Of a DNA stretch of 52,514 nt, positions 18,373 to 28,628 are shown piece after piece. The translations under genes were made by a program, and so were the position numbers. Below the pieces are notes generated by a model, which was given only the letters and a program-made list of their open reading frames with translations, had not been told where the DNA came from and ran no database searches. How positions within the stretch are numbered: the stretch's first letter is position 1; each line of letters starts with the position of its first letter. The DNA is from Candidatus Pacearchaeota archaeon (GTDB lineage Archaea; Nanobdellota; Nanobdellia; Pacearchaeales; GW2011-AR1), in assembly GCA_050124795.1 (NCBI GenBank), contig JASFEO010000007.1, positions 1 through 52,514 on the forward strand, given 5' to 3'.

Positions 18373-18995
18373 TTTATCTTTTCAAATAAAAAATAATCTT
18401 GCTTTTTTATAAATTTAAATCTTAATGTTTTCAGGGTTATTACGTAATTCCATAAACTGCTTGGCTTGATTAATTTAACTTCTCCAAATCTTTCAATTGT
18501 TTTTATCCACCATCTTCTGTTTCTTTGTGTAACATGCAAATCTTTTCCGCCTTCTTTAAAATCACTTGGACCGTATTCAATTGTGAAAAATAAATATCTC
18601 CTAGAAACTCTTGACATTTCTTTAATTGCTCTTGGAATTTCATTAATCGGGATATGTTCCATAACATCTGTGCAAAAGGTGATATCAAAACTTTTATCTT
18701 CAAACTCCAAATTGTCTGCACTGTTTTTTTTGACAAGTCCTTTTTTTACTAAATCTCTAAGCTGATTTTTTATTAAATATTCAGAAGTCTCAACTCCCTT
18801 GCAACCATAACCTTTTTTTAAAAATTCTCTAACAGAATGTCCGGAGCCACAACCAACATCGAGAATTGTCTTTATTTTTCCTCCCACGAGATTTATCAAT
18901 TGGTTTGTTCTTTTTAATCCAGGTGATGCTTCGCTTCCAAAGTATCCTTCAAGTTTATACAATTCATCATATCTTTCTTGTTCCTTTTTACTCAT
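18369..18995 (-). CDS. class I SAM-dependent methyltransferase
   Basis: ILDVGCGSG, SFD..FC.DVMEH. Confidence 0.9.
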   Translation of the reverse strand: MSKKEQERYDELYKLEGYFGSEASPGLKRTNQLINLVGGKIKTILDVGCGSGHSVREFLKKGYGCKGVETSEYLIKNQLRDLVKKGLVKKNSADNLEFEDKSFDITFCTDVMEHIPINEIPRAIKEMSRVSRRYLFFTIEYGPSDFKEGGKDLHVTQRNRRWWIKTIERFGEVKLIKPSSLWNYVITLKTLRFKFIKKQDYFLFEKIK

Positions 18996-20791
18996 TTTAA
19001 TTTTCTTAATACCTCTAAAATTCTCTTGCTTTCATTACCATCTGTTTTGTAGCAATAAGCGCCAAGGAAATTTTTTATCCCTTTTTTTAAGTCTTTATTT
19101 TTTAATGAAAGAATCGCTTTTTTTAAATCTTTTTTATTTTTTACAGAAACCACTGAATTGTATTTTGTGTAAGGAACAATTTCCGGTCTGTTCAAAAGAT
19201 TAACACTAATTGAATTTTTTCCTAAAAACATTGAATCAAGTATTGTTGTAGAAAAGATTGCTATTAGGCCCTCAGAATAATTAATTAAATCTGAAATGTT
19301 TAGATCATAAACAATTCTAACGTTTTTTGCATCAATCTCTTTTAAAAGCGAATAATGGAGTGTTGGCTTCTCTCTTGGATGAATTTTAAGAATAAATGTC
19401 TTCTCAGGAATCCTCTTTGCAGTTTCAATACATGCTCTCAAAAATTGTTCTTTTTCTTTTTCTCCAAAAAACCCCCCAAATTCAGAAGTTGCCACAATTA
19501 TTAAAGAGGTCTCATTAAGGATTCCAAGTTTTTTATAAAGTTCTTCTTTTGAGATTTCAATCTTTGGTTTTACAAGCCTCATATTTCCAGTTATACTTAT
19601 TCTGTCATCCGCAACACCAAAATTCTCAAGATATCTTTTTGTTTCTTCTCCCCAGACCGCTATTTTGTCTGCTATTAATGGAATGTACCCTCTTCCGCAT
19701 GGGTCTTCAGAAACCCCGTTTTGAAAAAGAAGTGTTTTTACTCTATTTTTTTTGCCAGAAACAACTGCAGTTCTTGTTACTGGAATAACATCATCCATGC
19801 CTACAACGTAATCTATTCTCTCTTTTTTGTACAAATTGTCATAGCACCTTTCATATAGGGCAATCCAAGGAAGTCTTTTTTTTAGAAAGTATAACAAATC
19901 TTTTTTTATAATTTCTGATAAATCATATTTTTTGTAGAAAAATGTTTCTTTAGGAAAATCCTTTTTGTTAAATTTTCTAGTAAATTCTTTTGAAAATTTC
20001 TTTACCTCACCTAAATCTTCTTTTTCTAGATAATCTCCAAAAGATACAAAATTTATCCTCTTATTTCTTAATTTTTCTTGCATATCTTTATTTGTTGCAA
20101 GAACTATGCATTCCTCCCTTCTTTGTTTTATTATCTCCTTGACTAAATTTTCTATACGTGAATAATACAGTTCATCAAACCCAAGAATTAATATTCTTTT
20201 TTTCTTTTTTTCTTTTAATAGGTTTCCTGTTTTTACAAATTCTATTCTTTTTATCAAGGGGAGATCATAAAACCTTGCAGCAAATTCAAAATTTTTAACA
20301 AATCTTTCAATAAAGTTCTGCATGCCTTTAATACTAATAATCTTTTTTGAATCTTTATTAAATATCAAATTCACAAAATTTCCAAACTTTGAATCTAGGA
20401 AATAAACTCCTTTTGGATTTTCAGTTTTTTTTATATTTTCAAGTAAAATTAAATTTTCAAAATAATCTATTAATGTGTATGAAAATTCTTCTTCCCCTAA
20501 GAAACCTTTTTCTCCGATTGAGAGGTTTTTTATAATCTTCTTTGCAAAATCATTTGCAATTTTGTATGTATTAGTATATTCAAAAATATAATCCCCAAAA
20601 CTTTTTGCAAGGACTCCATGGAGGTTAAGTTCCAATTTTGTTTCTGCATCTGCAATTATGAGCAAATTTTCTTCTTTTGAAATTTTAATTATTTTGTTTA
20701 AGATTATCTTCCAGATAGATTTGTTTATTTTCTTGAAAGCTTTCCATTCTGGGAATATGTTCTCCTTTTTTATTATCATTACTTTTTTCAT
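18992..20791 (-). CDS. GT-B protein of capsule/TagF/sialyltransferase-like type; candidate Kdo transferase
   Basis: FQNG, DKIAVWGE, ITGN.R, LKIHPRE (HP motif), STT; co-oriented upstream of kdsB. Confidence 0.65.
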   Translation of the reverse strand: MKKVMIIKKENIFPEWKAFKKINKSIWKIILNKIIKISKEENLLIIADAETKLELNLHGVLAKSFGDYIFEYTNTYKIANDFAKKIIKNLSIGEKGFLGEEEFSYTLIDYFENLILLENIKKTENPKGVYFLDSKFGNFVNLIFNKDSKKIISIKGMQNFIERFVKNFEFAARFYDLPLIKRIEFVKTGNLLKEKKKKRILILGFDELYYSRIENLVKEIIKQRREECIVLATNKDMQEKLRNKRINFVSFGDYLEKEDLGEVKKFSKEFTRKFNKKDFPKETFFYKKYDLSEIIKKDLLYFLKKRLPWIALYERCYDNLYKKERIDYVVGMDDVIPVTRTAVVSGKKNRVKTLLFQNGVSEDPCGRGYIPLIADKIAVWGEETKRYLENFGVADDRISITGNMRLVKPKIEISKEELYKKLGILNETSLIIVATSEFGGFFGEKEKEQFLRACIETAKRIPEKTFILKIHPREKPTLHYSLLKEIDAKNVRIVYDLNISDLINYSEGLIAIFSTTILDSMFLGKNSISVNLLNRPEIVPYTKYNSVVSVKNKKDLKKAILSLKNKDLKKGIKNFLGAYCYKTDGNESKRILEVLRKLK

Positions 20792-20792
20792 T

Positions 20793-22262
20793 TTATATTC
20801 CTGAACTCTTCTTGAGAAAATCCTTGACTTTTGCAAATAATTTCAAACTTGCTGTTTTTCTATAATAATAATTCAGATTCTGACTTGATCTTATTTTTGT
20901 AAGCATTGTTTTTACAAGTAATCCTAAAAGAGGTTTTTTTCCTTTGTATACATTATAATCAAACCATATATAATTTTTCTGTATTTGTTTTCTGCTAAAA
21001 CCTGGAAGATCAAGTGTTGCTTTTGCCCTCTCCATTTTTGTGTCAAGAGGTTCTTTAAGTAAACCTTCTTTTTCACATAATTTGTAAAGATCTGTTCCTG
21101 GATAAGGAAAAAAAATTGAAGTAAAATGCCAGTCTGGAAGAACCTTTCTGTTGACTTCAAGGGTCTCTTTGAAATCCTCAAAGGTTTCTCCTGGAAGCCC
21201 AATCAAATTAAAAAGTGCAACTTGAAGACCATATTTTCTTGCAAGTTTTACAGCATTGATAATATCTTCATTTGCATAATGCCTTTTTAAGATTTTGGAG
21301 CGAACTCTTTCACTTCCTGATTCAAGACCAATGTTGATAAACCTGAAATTTGCTTTTTTGCATGCAATAAAAAGATTTGTAAAATCCGTTTTTGGGGTGA
21401 CTCTTAAATTTACTCCAAATGAAAGAGGTCCATCAAAATCTTTGTTCATCTTTTCAATTTCTTTGCAAAGTTCAATTGCCCATCTTTGGTCAACTCCAAA
21501 ATTTTCAACTTCTAAATAAATTTCTTTTTCATGAGGGTTATTTTTTCTTATTTCTTTTATTTCCTTAATAATACTCTTTGCAGATCTCATTCTTACATAA
21601 GTTCCTGAAGCCAATTTCCTGAAAACATGATTGCAACAATAAGCGCATTGAAATGGGCAACCCCTTCCAAGCAAAACAGGATTTCTTGAAAATTTTTGAT
21701 TCTCTGTCCATTCTTCCCAAATTTCTCTATCTGGAAAAGGCAATGAATCCAAGTTTTTGATAAAATCTCTTGTAGGATTTTTTTCTATTTTTCCACCCTT
21801 ATTTTTTATCCAGAGATTTTTTATTTTCAAGGGAAACCTCTTTTTTTCAAGTTGATTTACTAATTCTTGAATTGGTTCTTCTCCTTCGCCAATACAAAGT
21901 GCATCAAAGCCTTCTTTTAAAATTTTTTCAGGATTAATAGAAACATGCGACCCACCAATTACTAAGAAAATCTCTGGATGGCTCTTCTTAATGTATTTTG
22001 CAATCTCTGCAATAAATGGATATTGTGTGCTTACCGAAGTAAATCCAATTAAATTTGGTTTAAATTTTTTCATTATCTTATCAACAATCTCTTTATTTTT
22101 GTCCTCAAAAACTCTGCTTAAAACACATAACTTTGTTCTATGACCTTTTTTTTTCAAAAATGAAGAAATATATGAAATTCCAAAGTGCATTTGTTCAGGA
22201 GTTCTCAAGGGCTTTTCTGTTGATTGCACTTCATCAGTTGAATAGATAAGTAAAATATTCAT
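20793..22262 (-). CDS. B12-binding radical SAM protein
   Basis: GGSHVS..P, GEGE, GRGCPFQCAYC, GLESG, PYPGT. Confidence 0.92.
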   Translation of the reverse strand: MNILLIYSTDEVQSTEKPLRTPEQMHFGISYISSFLKKKGHRTKLCVLSRVFEDKNKEIVDKIMKKFKPNLIGFTSVSTQYPFIAEIAKYIKKSHPEIFLVIGGSHVSINPEKILKEGFDALCIGEGEEPIQELVNQLEKKRFPLKIKNLWIKNKGGKIEKNPTRDFIKNLDSLPFPDREIWEEWTENQKFSRNPVLLGRGCPFQCAYCCNHVFRKLASGTYVRMRSAKSIIKEIKEIRKNNPHEKEIYLEVENFGVDQRWAIELCKEIEKMNKDFDGPLSFGVNLRVTPKTDFTNLFIACKKANFRFINIGLESGSERVRSKILKRHYANEDIINAVKLARKYGLQVALFNLIGLPGETFEDFKETLEVNRKVLPDWHFTSIFFPYPGTDLYKLCEKEGLLKEPLDTKMERAKATLDLPGFSRKQIQKNYIWFDYNVYKGKKPLLGLLVKTMLTKIRSSQNLNYYYRKTASLKLFAKVKDFLKKSSGI

Positions 22263-22284
22263 TTTAATAAAATTTGTAAATTCT

Positions 22285-23976
22285 TTAAAAAGATTTGGAT
22301 AAATTTTCAATTCTTTTATAAATTACATAATCTCCAAATTGCACATCATATTTAAATTCTTCTTCAACTATTTCTTTTACTTTGCCGTCGAGTCTCTTTA
22401 AGTCTTTTGGATAAAACTGCATAAATTTAACTTCTTGATTTTGTGTCACATTTTTTATGCAATCCTCAGAATTATAACAAAGCATTGAATTATACCAATT
22501 TGTATTATCACTATTTCCAAAATAATATCCAACATGAGGAAATAAAAAAAGTTTGTCTTCTGAATTTGCGTTCTCTCTTAAATAATTTAGAGTGTTTGTC
22601 AAATCTTCATGCGAGTCTCCGTAAAGATTATTTGTTGAATAAGGTTTTGTTATTTGCATAATCCCTATTGATAAGAAACTAACAAAACTTGCAATAATCA
22701 AAATCTTAATGAGTTTATTCTTGTCACTCTTCCACCCCTTATAAAAAATAAAACTCAAAATCAACGGAATAATTAAGATATCAAAATTAATAATAACTTT
22801 CATTGCAAGGTCAAAATAATTTTTTTGAGTAAATGCTTCATTTACCTCGGGGATATAAGGGTCTGCGACTAATAAAAAATAATTAATTGAGATAAGTAAA
22901 AGAATTGCAATCTTTAAAAAATCTTTCTTACTAAATTTTATTTTTTCTATTATTGGTGAAATTGTTAGAATCATGAACGGAATAAACTCAAGATAATATT
23001 TTGGAAAATTCCATCCATAAGTTCCGATTGGAACAAGTTCAAACAGCGTCATAACACTAACTAAAATAGGAAGCATTAATTTCTCATTTGTTTTCCATTC
23101 CTTCCTCTTAACATAATTAAAAATTCCAATCAAATATAGGACAAACATGCTCGGAAGAATCCAGAAAATTAATTGTTTCATTGACCATACTGAAGTTAAA
23201 ATTGCTTTAGAAGGGTTGGATAACTGTTTTAAAATTGTTCCAATTATTGAACTATGGGTGAACATTCTTGCAAAATCAACATTAAAGAAATTTGCATATA
23301 AATAAACTAAAATAAAAAATAATGCTGAACCAACGGAGATTATCAGCAATCCGTTAAAAAAATCTTTCTTGGGTTTTTTTGTAAAAATCAAATACAAAAA
23401 TAAAGCTGAGGCAATAATCGGAACACCTTGGATTTTAGTTATCCAGATAAGCATAAAAAATAATGAATTAATAAAAATCCTATTTGAATTTTTAAGATAA
23501 AAATAAGTAAAGAGAAGCATTGTAAATGGAAGGATGTTATCCAGGTCAATTAGATAAGACCCTTGCATTATTAAAGGAACAAATAAAAATAAGACATATG
23601 AAATAATAAGTGTTTTATCAGAAATATCTTTGTTAATGAGTTTTAATACTTTAATTATTAAAAATCCAGACAATAAGATAAAAACCATTCCTAAAGTATT
23701 TAATGCAATTGGTGTTTTGAAGACGAAAAGAATTAATGCCCAAAAATAAAAAATAAATGGGGGATGATTCAAGGTCACATCACTTCTGTGTTGAAAAAGA
23801 TCATAATCTCCAATTGGTTCTAAATGGTTTTCTATTAACCCCACGGAGCCTAAAATATTATAATAATTATCCCCCCTCTCAAGCGTTGAATGAGAAATAA
23901 AAATATTTAACAAGACAAAAAAAATAAACAAAACTGAAGTTATAACAAAATATTTTTTATTAATTCTTTTCTCCAT
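22285..23976 (-). CDS. multi-pass membrane protein, GT-C-like glycosyltransferase
   Basis: >12 transmembrane segments, HPP motif in first loop, soluble C-terminal domain. Confidence 0.7.
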   Translation of the reverse strand: MEKRINKKYFVITSVLFIFFVLLNIFISHSTLERGDNYYNILGSVGLIENHLEPIGDYDLFQHRSDVTLNHPPFIFYFWALILFVFKTPIALNTLGMVFILLSGFLIIKVLKLINKDISDKTLIISYVLFLFVPLIMQGSYLIDLDNILPFTMLLFTYFYLKNSNRIFINSLFFMLIWITKIQGVPIIASALFLYLIFTKKPKKDFFNGLLIISVGSALFFILVYLYANFFNVDFARMFTHSSIIGTILKQLSNPSKAILTSVWSMKQLIFWILPSMFVLYLIGIFNYVKRKEWKTNEKLMLPILVSVMTLFELVPIGTYGWNFPKYYLEFIPFMILTISPIIEKIKFSKKDFLKIAILLLISINYFLLVADPYIPEVNEAFTQKNYFDLAMKVIINFDILIIPLILSFIFYKGWKSDKNKLIKILIIASFVSFLSIGIMQITKPYSTNNLYGDSHEDLTNTLNYLRENANSEDKLFLFPHVGYYFGNSDNTNWYNSMLCYNSEDCIKNVTQNQEVKFMQFYPKDLKRLDGKVKEIVEEEFKYDVQFGDYVIYKRIENLSKSF

Positions 23977-23977
23977 T

Positions 23978-25438
23978 TTATCCAATCCTCGAAGACAATT
24001 CTCTTGCTAAGATTCTGTCAATTGGAAATTGATAAATATTTTTTTCAAATCTCAATTTTGCAAACGGGCGATAAATATCTGCTAAAACTTTGAATAATTT
24101 TGAATTTATCTTGTAATCATTATTTTTGCTTGCAAATAAACTTGCGAATTCAAAGTTTCTTAACATTTTAATTCTTTTCTTGCCAAGCCAGGGTGAATGA
24201 AGATAAGCAGTTTCATAATTTATATTCGCCCATTCCTCAAGATTCTTTGGTTCATAAAACCCGTTTTTTATTGCAACTTCATAAAGCTTTGTTCCGGGAT
24301 ACGGGCAATAAATCAAAAACAACGGAAGAAGATTTGGATTATCCTTGCTCAGTTTAATTGAAAATCGCACAGTCTTTAAGAGTTCTTTTTCAGTTTCTGT
24401 TGGAATTCCCATAATGAAAGTATACTTTGTTTTATGAAAAAATTTAGCAAGTCTTTTATTAACTTCAATGACTTCATTTATTTTAACATCTTTTGAAATT
24501 AATTTTAAGATTCTATCAGAGCCAGACTCAATCCCTACATCAATATCAATGCATCCTGCTTTAACAGCTTTTTCTAATAATTCATCTGGCATTCTTTTAA
24601 GAGTATCAATTCGTGTTCCGAGTAGCCCCCATGAAAATTTCCATCCTTTCTCTAAAATTCCGTCGATAATTTCTTCAAATCTTTTTACATTGGCAGAAAA
24701 ATTGTCATCCTGAAAATAGATGCTCTTCACACCTAATTTTGTAAGAGCATTCTCAATTAAATGCAGAGTCTTTTTTGCAGACATTCCTCTCCACCTATTT
24801 TTATAATAAACCGTGTTATAACAAAAAGCGCATCTATAGGGGCAGCCTCTTGAAGTCATAAGAGTTATACTTTTTCCATGCCCAATATTAAATCCATAAT
24901 AATTCTCTATCTTAATTAATTCATAAGGATAATCTTCAAGCACATCCAAATCTTTTATCAATTCTCTTTCTTCAGTTTTTTTAATTTTTCCTTTATCCTT
25001 ATAATATATTCCTTTGACTTTATCCAAGTTCTTTTTGTTTTCAATTGCCTGGATCAATTCAAAAAATGCAAAATCTGCTTCCCCCTTAACAACTACGTCA
25101 ATATACTTGTTTTCAATAGTTTGTTCAGGCAGTAAAGATGCATGAACACCCCCCCATACAACCGGGACTTTAGAATTTTCCTTCACGAATCTGCTTGCTT
25201 GCAATGCATATCTTATTTGCGGACCGGTCATTGAAGTAGTCCCAAAGAGCAGCGCGCCCTTAAGTTCTTTTTTCAAAATTTCTTTCCAGTTTCTTTCAAT
25301 TCTTTGGTCAATAATTTTAACTTCATAACCTTTTTTATAAGGCAATGCAGCTATTGCTAAAAGAGAATCCGGAGGTCTCGCCCCTGCGAAATCCCATTCA
25401 CCTGTTTTAGGCTGTAGTAAAACAATTTTTTTCTTCAT
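23978..25438 (-). CDS. B12-binding radical SAM protein
   Basis: WGGVHASLLP, SRGCPYRCAFC, DDNF, GIESGS, PYPGT. Confidence 0.93.
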   Translation of the reverse strand: MKKKIVLLQPKTGEWDFAGARPPDSLLAIAALPYKKGYEVKIIDQRIERNWKEILKKELKGALLFGTTSMTGPQIRYALQASRFVKENSKVPVVWGGVHASLLPEQTIENKYIDVVVKGEADFAFFELIQAIENKKNLDKVKGIYYKDKGKIKKTEERELIKDLDVLEDYPYELIKIENYYGFNIGHGKSITLMTSRGCPYRCAFCYNTVYYKNRWRGMSAKKTLHLIENALTKLGVKSIYFQDDNFSANVKRFEEIIDGILEKGWKFSWGLLGTRIDTLKRMPDELLEKAVKAGCIDIDVGIESGSDRILKLISKDVKINEVIEVNKRLAKFFHKTKYTFIMGIPTETEKELLKTVRFSIKLSKDNPNLLPLFLIYCPYPGTKLYEVAIKNGFYEPKNLEEWANINYETAYLHSPWLGKKRIKMLRNFEFASLFASKNNDYKINSKLFKVLADIYRPFAKLRFEKNIYQFPIDRILARELSSRIG

Positions 25439-26369
25439 TTTTGCATAAATCTTTATACCATTCAATTGTTTTTGCAAGCCCTTTATCAAGCGAATATTTC
25501 GGTTCCCATCCAAGCGACCTTAATTTAGTGGAATCAATCCATTGAGTTTCAATTTCCTTAAACTGGGGCGGGGTCTTGAATATCTGTATATTCTCTTTTG
25601 GATTTTTTCCCATCATATTGCAAATCTTTTCTATTAAACTTCCCATTTTAAGATGCTCTGTTCCTCCGCAGCAATAGACTTCTCCTGGAGAACCTTTTCT
25701 CGATACTGTAACAAAAGCATCTGTTGCATCATCAACATAAACAAATTCTCTTACAAAATCAGCAACTCCTTCATTTAATAAAGCAGGTTTTCCTTTTGCT
25801 AAACGCGTGATTGTGTTTGGTATTATTCTTGTCATATTTGGGTCTCCGGGACCATAGAGGTTTGAACATGCAACAATTTTAGTGGGGACATTTTGATTAA
25901 AAAAATAAGATTGTGCAAGAATTTGCTGACATGCTTTTGAAGTTTCATAAGTGTATTTCGGATTTAATGGAGTTGTTTCTGTATACGGGGGGGGAGAATG
26001 CCCAAATGCCTTGTCACTTGTAGAAATTGTAACACTTTTGACTGTTGGTCCTGAAACCCTCACAGCTTCAAGAAGATTGGCAGTTCCCATTACATTAACA
26101 TTAAATGCAGAATAAGGGTCATTTGCACATGTCCTGACAATTGCCTTTGCAGCGAGGTGGTAAATTTCATCTATTTGCTCATCTGCAATTACCTCTCTCA
26201 AAAGATTATAATCTAAAATAGAACCTTTAACAAATTTATCTGGTTGATTCGGCATTTTCATTAATTTCGTTCCTCTGCCAAATCCGATAACAGTGTTTTC
26301 AGAAGATTTCAATTTCCCAACAAGGTTATTCCCTATAAAACCATCACTTCCTGTAATTAATATATTCAT
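25407..26369 (-). CDS. NAD-dependent nucleotide-sugar epimerase/4,6-dehydratase
   Basis: TGSDGFIG, HLAA, TSDK, YETSK, NLYGPGD. Confidence 0.92.
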   Translation of the reverse strand: MNILITGSDGFIGNNLVGKLKSSENTVIGFGRGTKLMKMPNQPDKFVKGSILDYNLLREVIADEQIDEIYHLAAKAIVRTCANDPYSAFNVNVMGTANLLEAVRVSGPTVKSVTISTSDKAFGHSPPPYTETTPLNPKYTYETSKACQQILAQSYFFNQNVPTKIVACSNLYGPGDPNMTRIIPNTITRLAKGKPALLNEGVADFVREFVYVDDATDAFVTVSRKGSPGEVYCCGGTEHLKMGSLIEKICNMMGKNPKENIQIFKTPPQFKEIETQWIDSTKLRSLGWEPKYSLDKGLAKTIEWYKDLCKNEEKNCFTTA

Positions 26370-27127
26370 AAATTTTTTAAATTTATACTACTTTTAAAGA
26401 TTTGTGTGTTAAAAATATTTTTTTCTTTAATCATTTTCCTCTTTAATCTTACTAATTCTGCAATCATCAAAATAGGAGTGTGCAATTTCATTCGGGTTCC
26501 TTCTTTATGTTCCCATGCAAGCGGCAATTTATAGATGCTGTTCTTTTTTTTCTTTGCTTTATAAAGTAATTCTACATCAAACACCCACCCTGTTGATTTT
26601 AAATCTTTAAATAAATCTTTGGCAACATTTTTTTTGAATCCCTTAAATCCGCATACAGTATCCTTTATCCCAATAGGAAAAACAACATTTGCTAAGATGC
26701 TAAAAATAGTTCCTGTCAAAACTCTTAAAGGGGGCTGTTCTATTTTAGAATCCTTAGAACTTCTGTTCCCAATAACAATATCAAATCTCTCTAATCTTTT
26801 GGTCATTCTTGGAATTTCTTTTGGAGAAATTGAACCATCAGCGTCAATAAAAAGTATGTTATCCCCTCCTGCTTCAAGAACCCCTTTTCTTACTGCATAA
26901 CCTTTTCCGCGGTTTTTTTGATAAGTTATAATCCTGATTTTTTCGGCTATTGATGAAATTTTCCTTATATCTTCTAATTTTTTCAGGGTTTTATCCTGAC
27001 TTCCGTCATCAACAAAAATTATTTCGTAATCTTCTAATTTTTCATTTGCAAATTCAATTAAATCTTTTGCAAATTTTTCAATTCTTTTTTCTTCATTATA
27101 TGCTGGAACTATTATACTTAATTTCAT
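26366..27127 (-). CDS. GT2, dolichyl-phosphate glycosyltransferase-like
   Basis: PAYNEE, VDDGSQD, NRGKG, DAD, DT.CGFK, FDVE. Confidence 0.92.
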   Translation of the reverse strand: MKLSIIVPAYNEEKRIEKFAKDLIEFANEKLEDYEIIFVDDGSQDKTLKKLEDIRKISSIAEKIRIITYQKNRGKGYAVRKGVLEAGGDNILFIDADGSISPKEIPRMTKRLERFDIVIGNRSSKDSKIEQPPLRVLTGTIFSILANVVFPIGIKDTVCGFKGFKKNVAKDLFKDLKSTGWVFDVELLYKAKKKKNSIYKLPLAWEHKEGTRMKLHTPILMIAELVRLKRKMIKEKNIFNTQIFKSSINLKNL

Positions 27128-28578
27128 TTCCCTCTAACCAAGAACAACCCCCTTTTAATAGCTTCATTAAATCCCTCCCTCTTTGAGTATGCAATAAACT
27201 TTCCAGCTAACTCTAATTCTCCTTTTATCGATTTTAAAATTCCCCTCGGTAGCCACTCAAAAAAATCCTTAAGTTCATCATACTTTTTTGCTTCATTAAA
27301 TATTTCTGGCAATCTTCTCAATTTTAATTTCTCATCTGTTGTCTGAAAAAGGCACATATAGTGGGCTTTTTTTCTTTCCCATTTTGTAAAATCTTTTGTC
27401 TCAACAGTTGGTTCTTCACAAATAAAATCATTATCCCTTTGGCTTGTTTTGCCAATCTCATTATAAAAAACTCCATTATTTTTCATAAACCAATGTCTCA
27501 TGGGGGTATTCTTATAGGGGATTGCCATGTTCCAAAAAACACCTGGGGGGTCATGCTTTTTTACAAATTCTATTGTTTTTTTAATTCCTTCAAGATTATC
27601 TTTTGGAAGACCTATAACAAAAGAGAGGTTGCCAAGCATGTCATGCTTTTTTAAGAGTGTGATTGCATTTTCAATATCTTTTAATGTTTCCCCTTTGTTT
27701 ACCAGTTTAAACACCTCTGGATTTGCAGACTCAACTGCAACTCCCATTGACTCACTACCAGTTCTTTTTAGCAAAACAACTAATTTTTCTGTTACGTCAT
27801 CTCCTCTAACGTTTAGTACTGAGAGCCTCATCCCAATTTTTCTTTTAGAATAAAGTTCCAGAAATTTATAGAATCTGTCCTTTATTACCAATGCATTATC
27901 ATCTTGGATTAGAATGTGCAGATTTGGATTTAGATTTTTTTTTGCCTCTTCTAGTTCTTTTATGCAATCTTCTTGGTCTCTTGCTCTCCATTTTTTTTGA
28001 CTAACATATGCAACAGGACAAAAGCTGCAGTTGTAAGGACACCCTCTTGAAGTCATTATTGGATAACCTCTTATCTTCTCTTTTCCATAAAAAGAGCGGT
28101 AGTCAGGATAAGGAATTTTGGTTATATCCACTATTTTATCTGATTGAATAATCTTTGGCTTTATTTCTCTTTTGGAATTCTCAAAAATCGAATTCACTAT
28201 GTCTTCTGCTTCTCCCCTTACAATATAATCAATATCAAGATTATTTTCTAAGTCTTCTGGATAAAGACTAGCATGGGGTCCTCCAACAACAAGAGGAATT
28301 TTTTTGTTTAAGCTTCTTATCTGTTCTATAATCTCTTTTGATTCTTTTGTATTAGCAGTAATCATGCTCAGACCAATTGCATCTGGAGAAAATTTTTTCA
28401 TAAAATGTGTAACTTGCGGAGCCTTATGAATCAATTGGTAATCTACGACTAAAACTTTATGCCCCTTTTTTTTTAAGATTGCAGCCAATATTGCAAGCCC
28501 CATCTGGGGAGTATTCACATAGCAAGTTTCTCTGCGCGGGTTTATTAATAGAATTTTTTTTGAAACGAATTTTTTCAT
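27124..28578 (-). CDS. B12-binding radical SAM protein
   Basis: VGGPHASLYP, SRGCPYNCSFC, DDN. Confidence 0.92.
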   Translation of the reverse strand: MKKFVSKKILLINPRRETCYVNTPQMGLAILAAILKKKGHKVLVVDYQLIHKAPQVTHFMKKFSPDAIGLSMITANTKESKEIIEQIRSLNKKIPLVVGGPHASLYPEDLENNLDIDYIVRGEAEDIVNSIFENSKREIKPKIIQSDKIVDITKIPYPDYRSFYGKEKIRGYPIMTSRGCPYNCSFCPVAYVSQKKWRARDQEDCIKELEEAKKNLNPNLHILIQDDNALVIKDRFYKFLELYSKRKIGMRLSVLNVRGDDVTEKLVVLLKRTGSESMGVAVESANPEVFKLVNKGETLKDIENAITLLKKHDMLGNLSFVIGLPKDNLEGIKKTIEFVKKHDPPGVFWNMAIPYKNTPMRHWFMKNNGVFYNEIGKTSQRDNDFICEEPTVETKDFTKWERKKAHYMCLFQTTDEKLKLRRLPEIFNEAKKYDELKDFFEWLPRGILKSIKGELELAGKFIAYSKREGFNEAIKRGLFLVRGK

Positions 28579-28599
28579 GGTTTATGACAAAACACATTG

Positions 28600-28607
28600 T
28601 TTATAAA
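28600..28607. promoter_or_regulatory. bidirectional TATA box TTTATAAA
   Basis: Centre is 25.5 nt from both divergent ATGs (28578 and 28629). Confidence 0.65.
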
Positions 28608-28628
28608 GATTGTTGGTTTTAATTTTAA

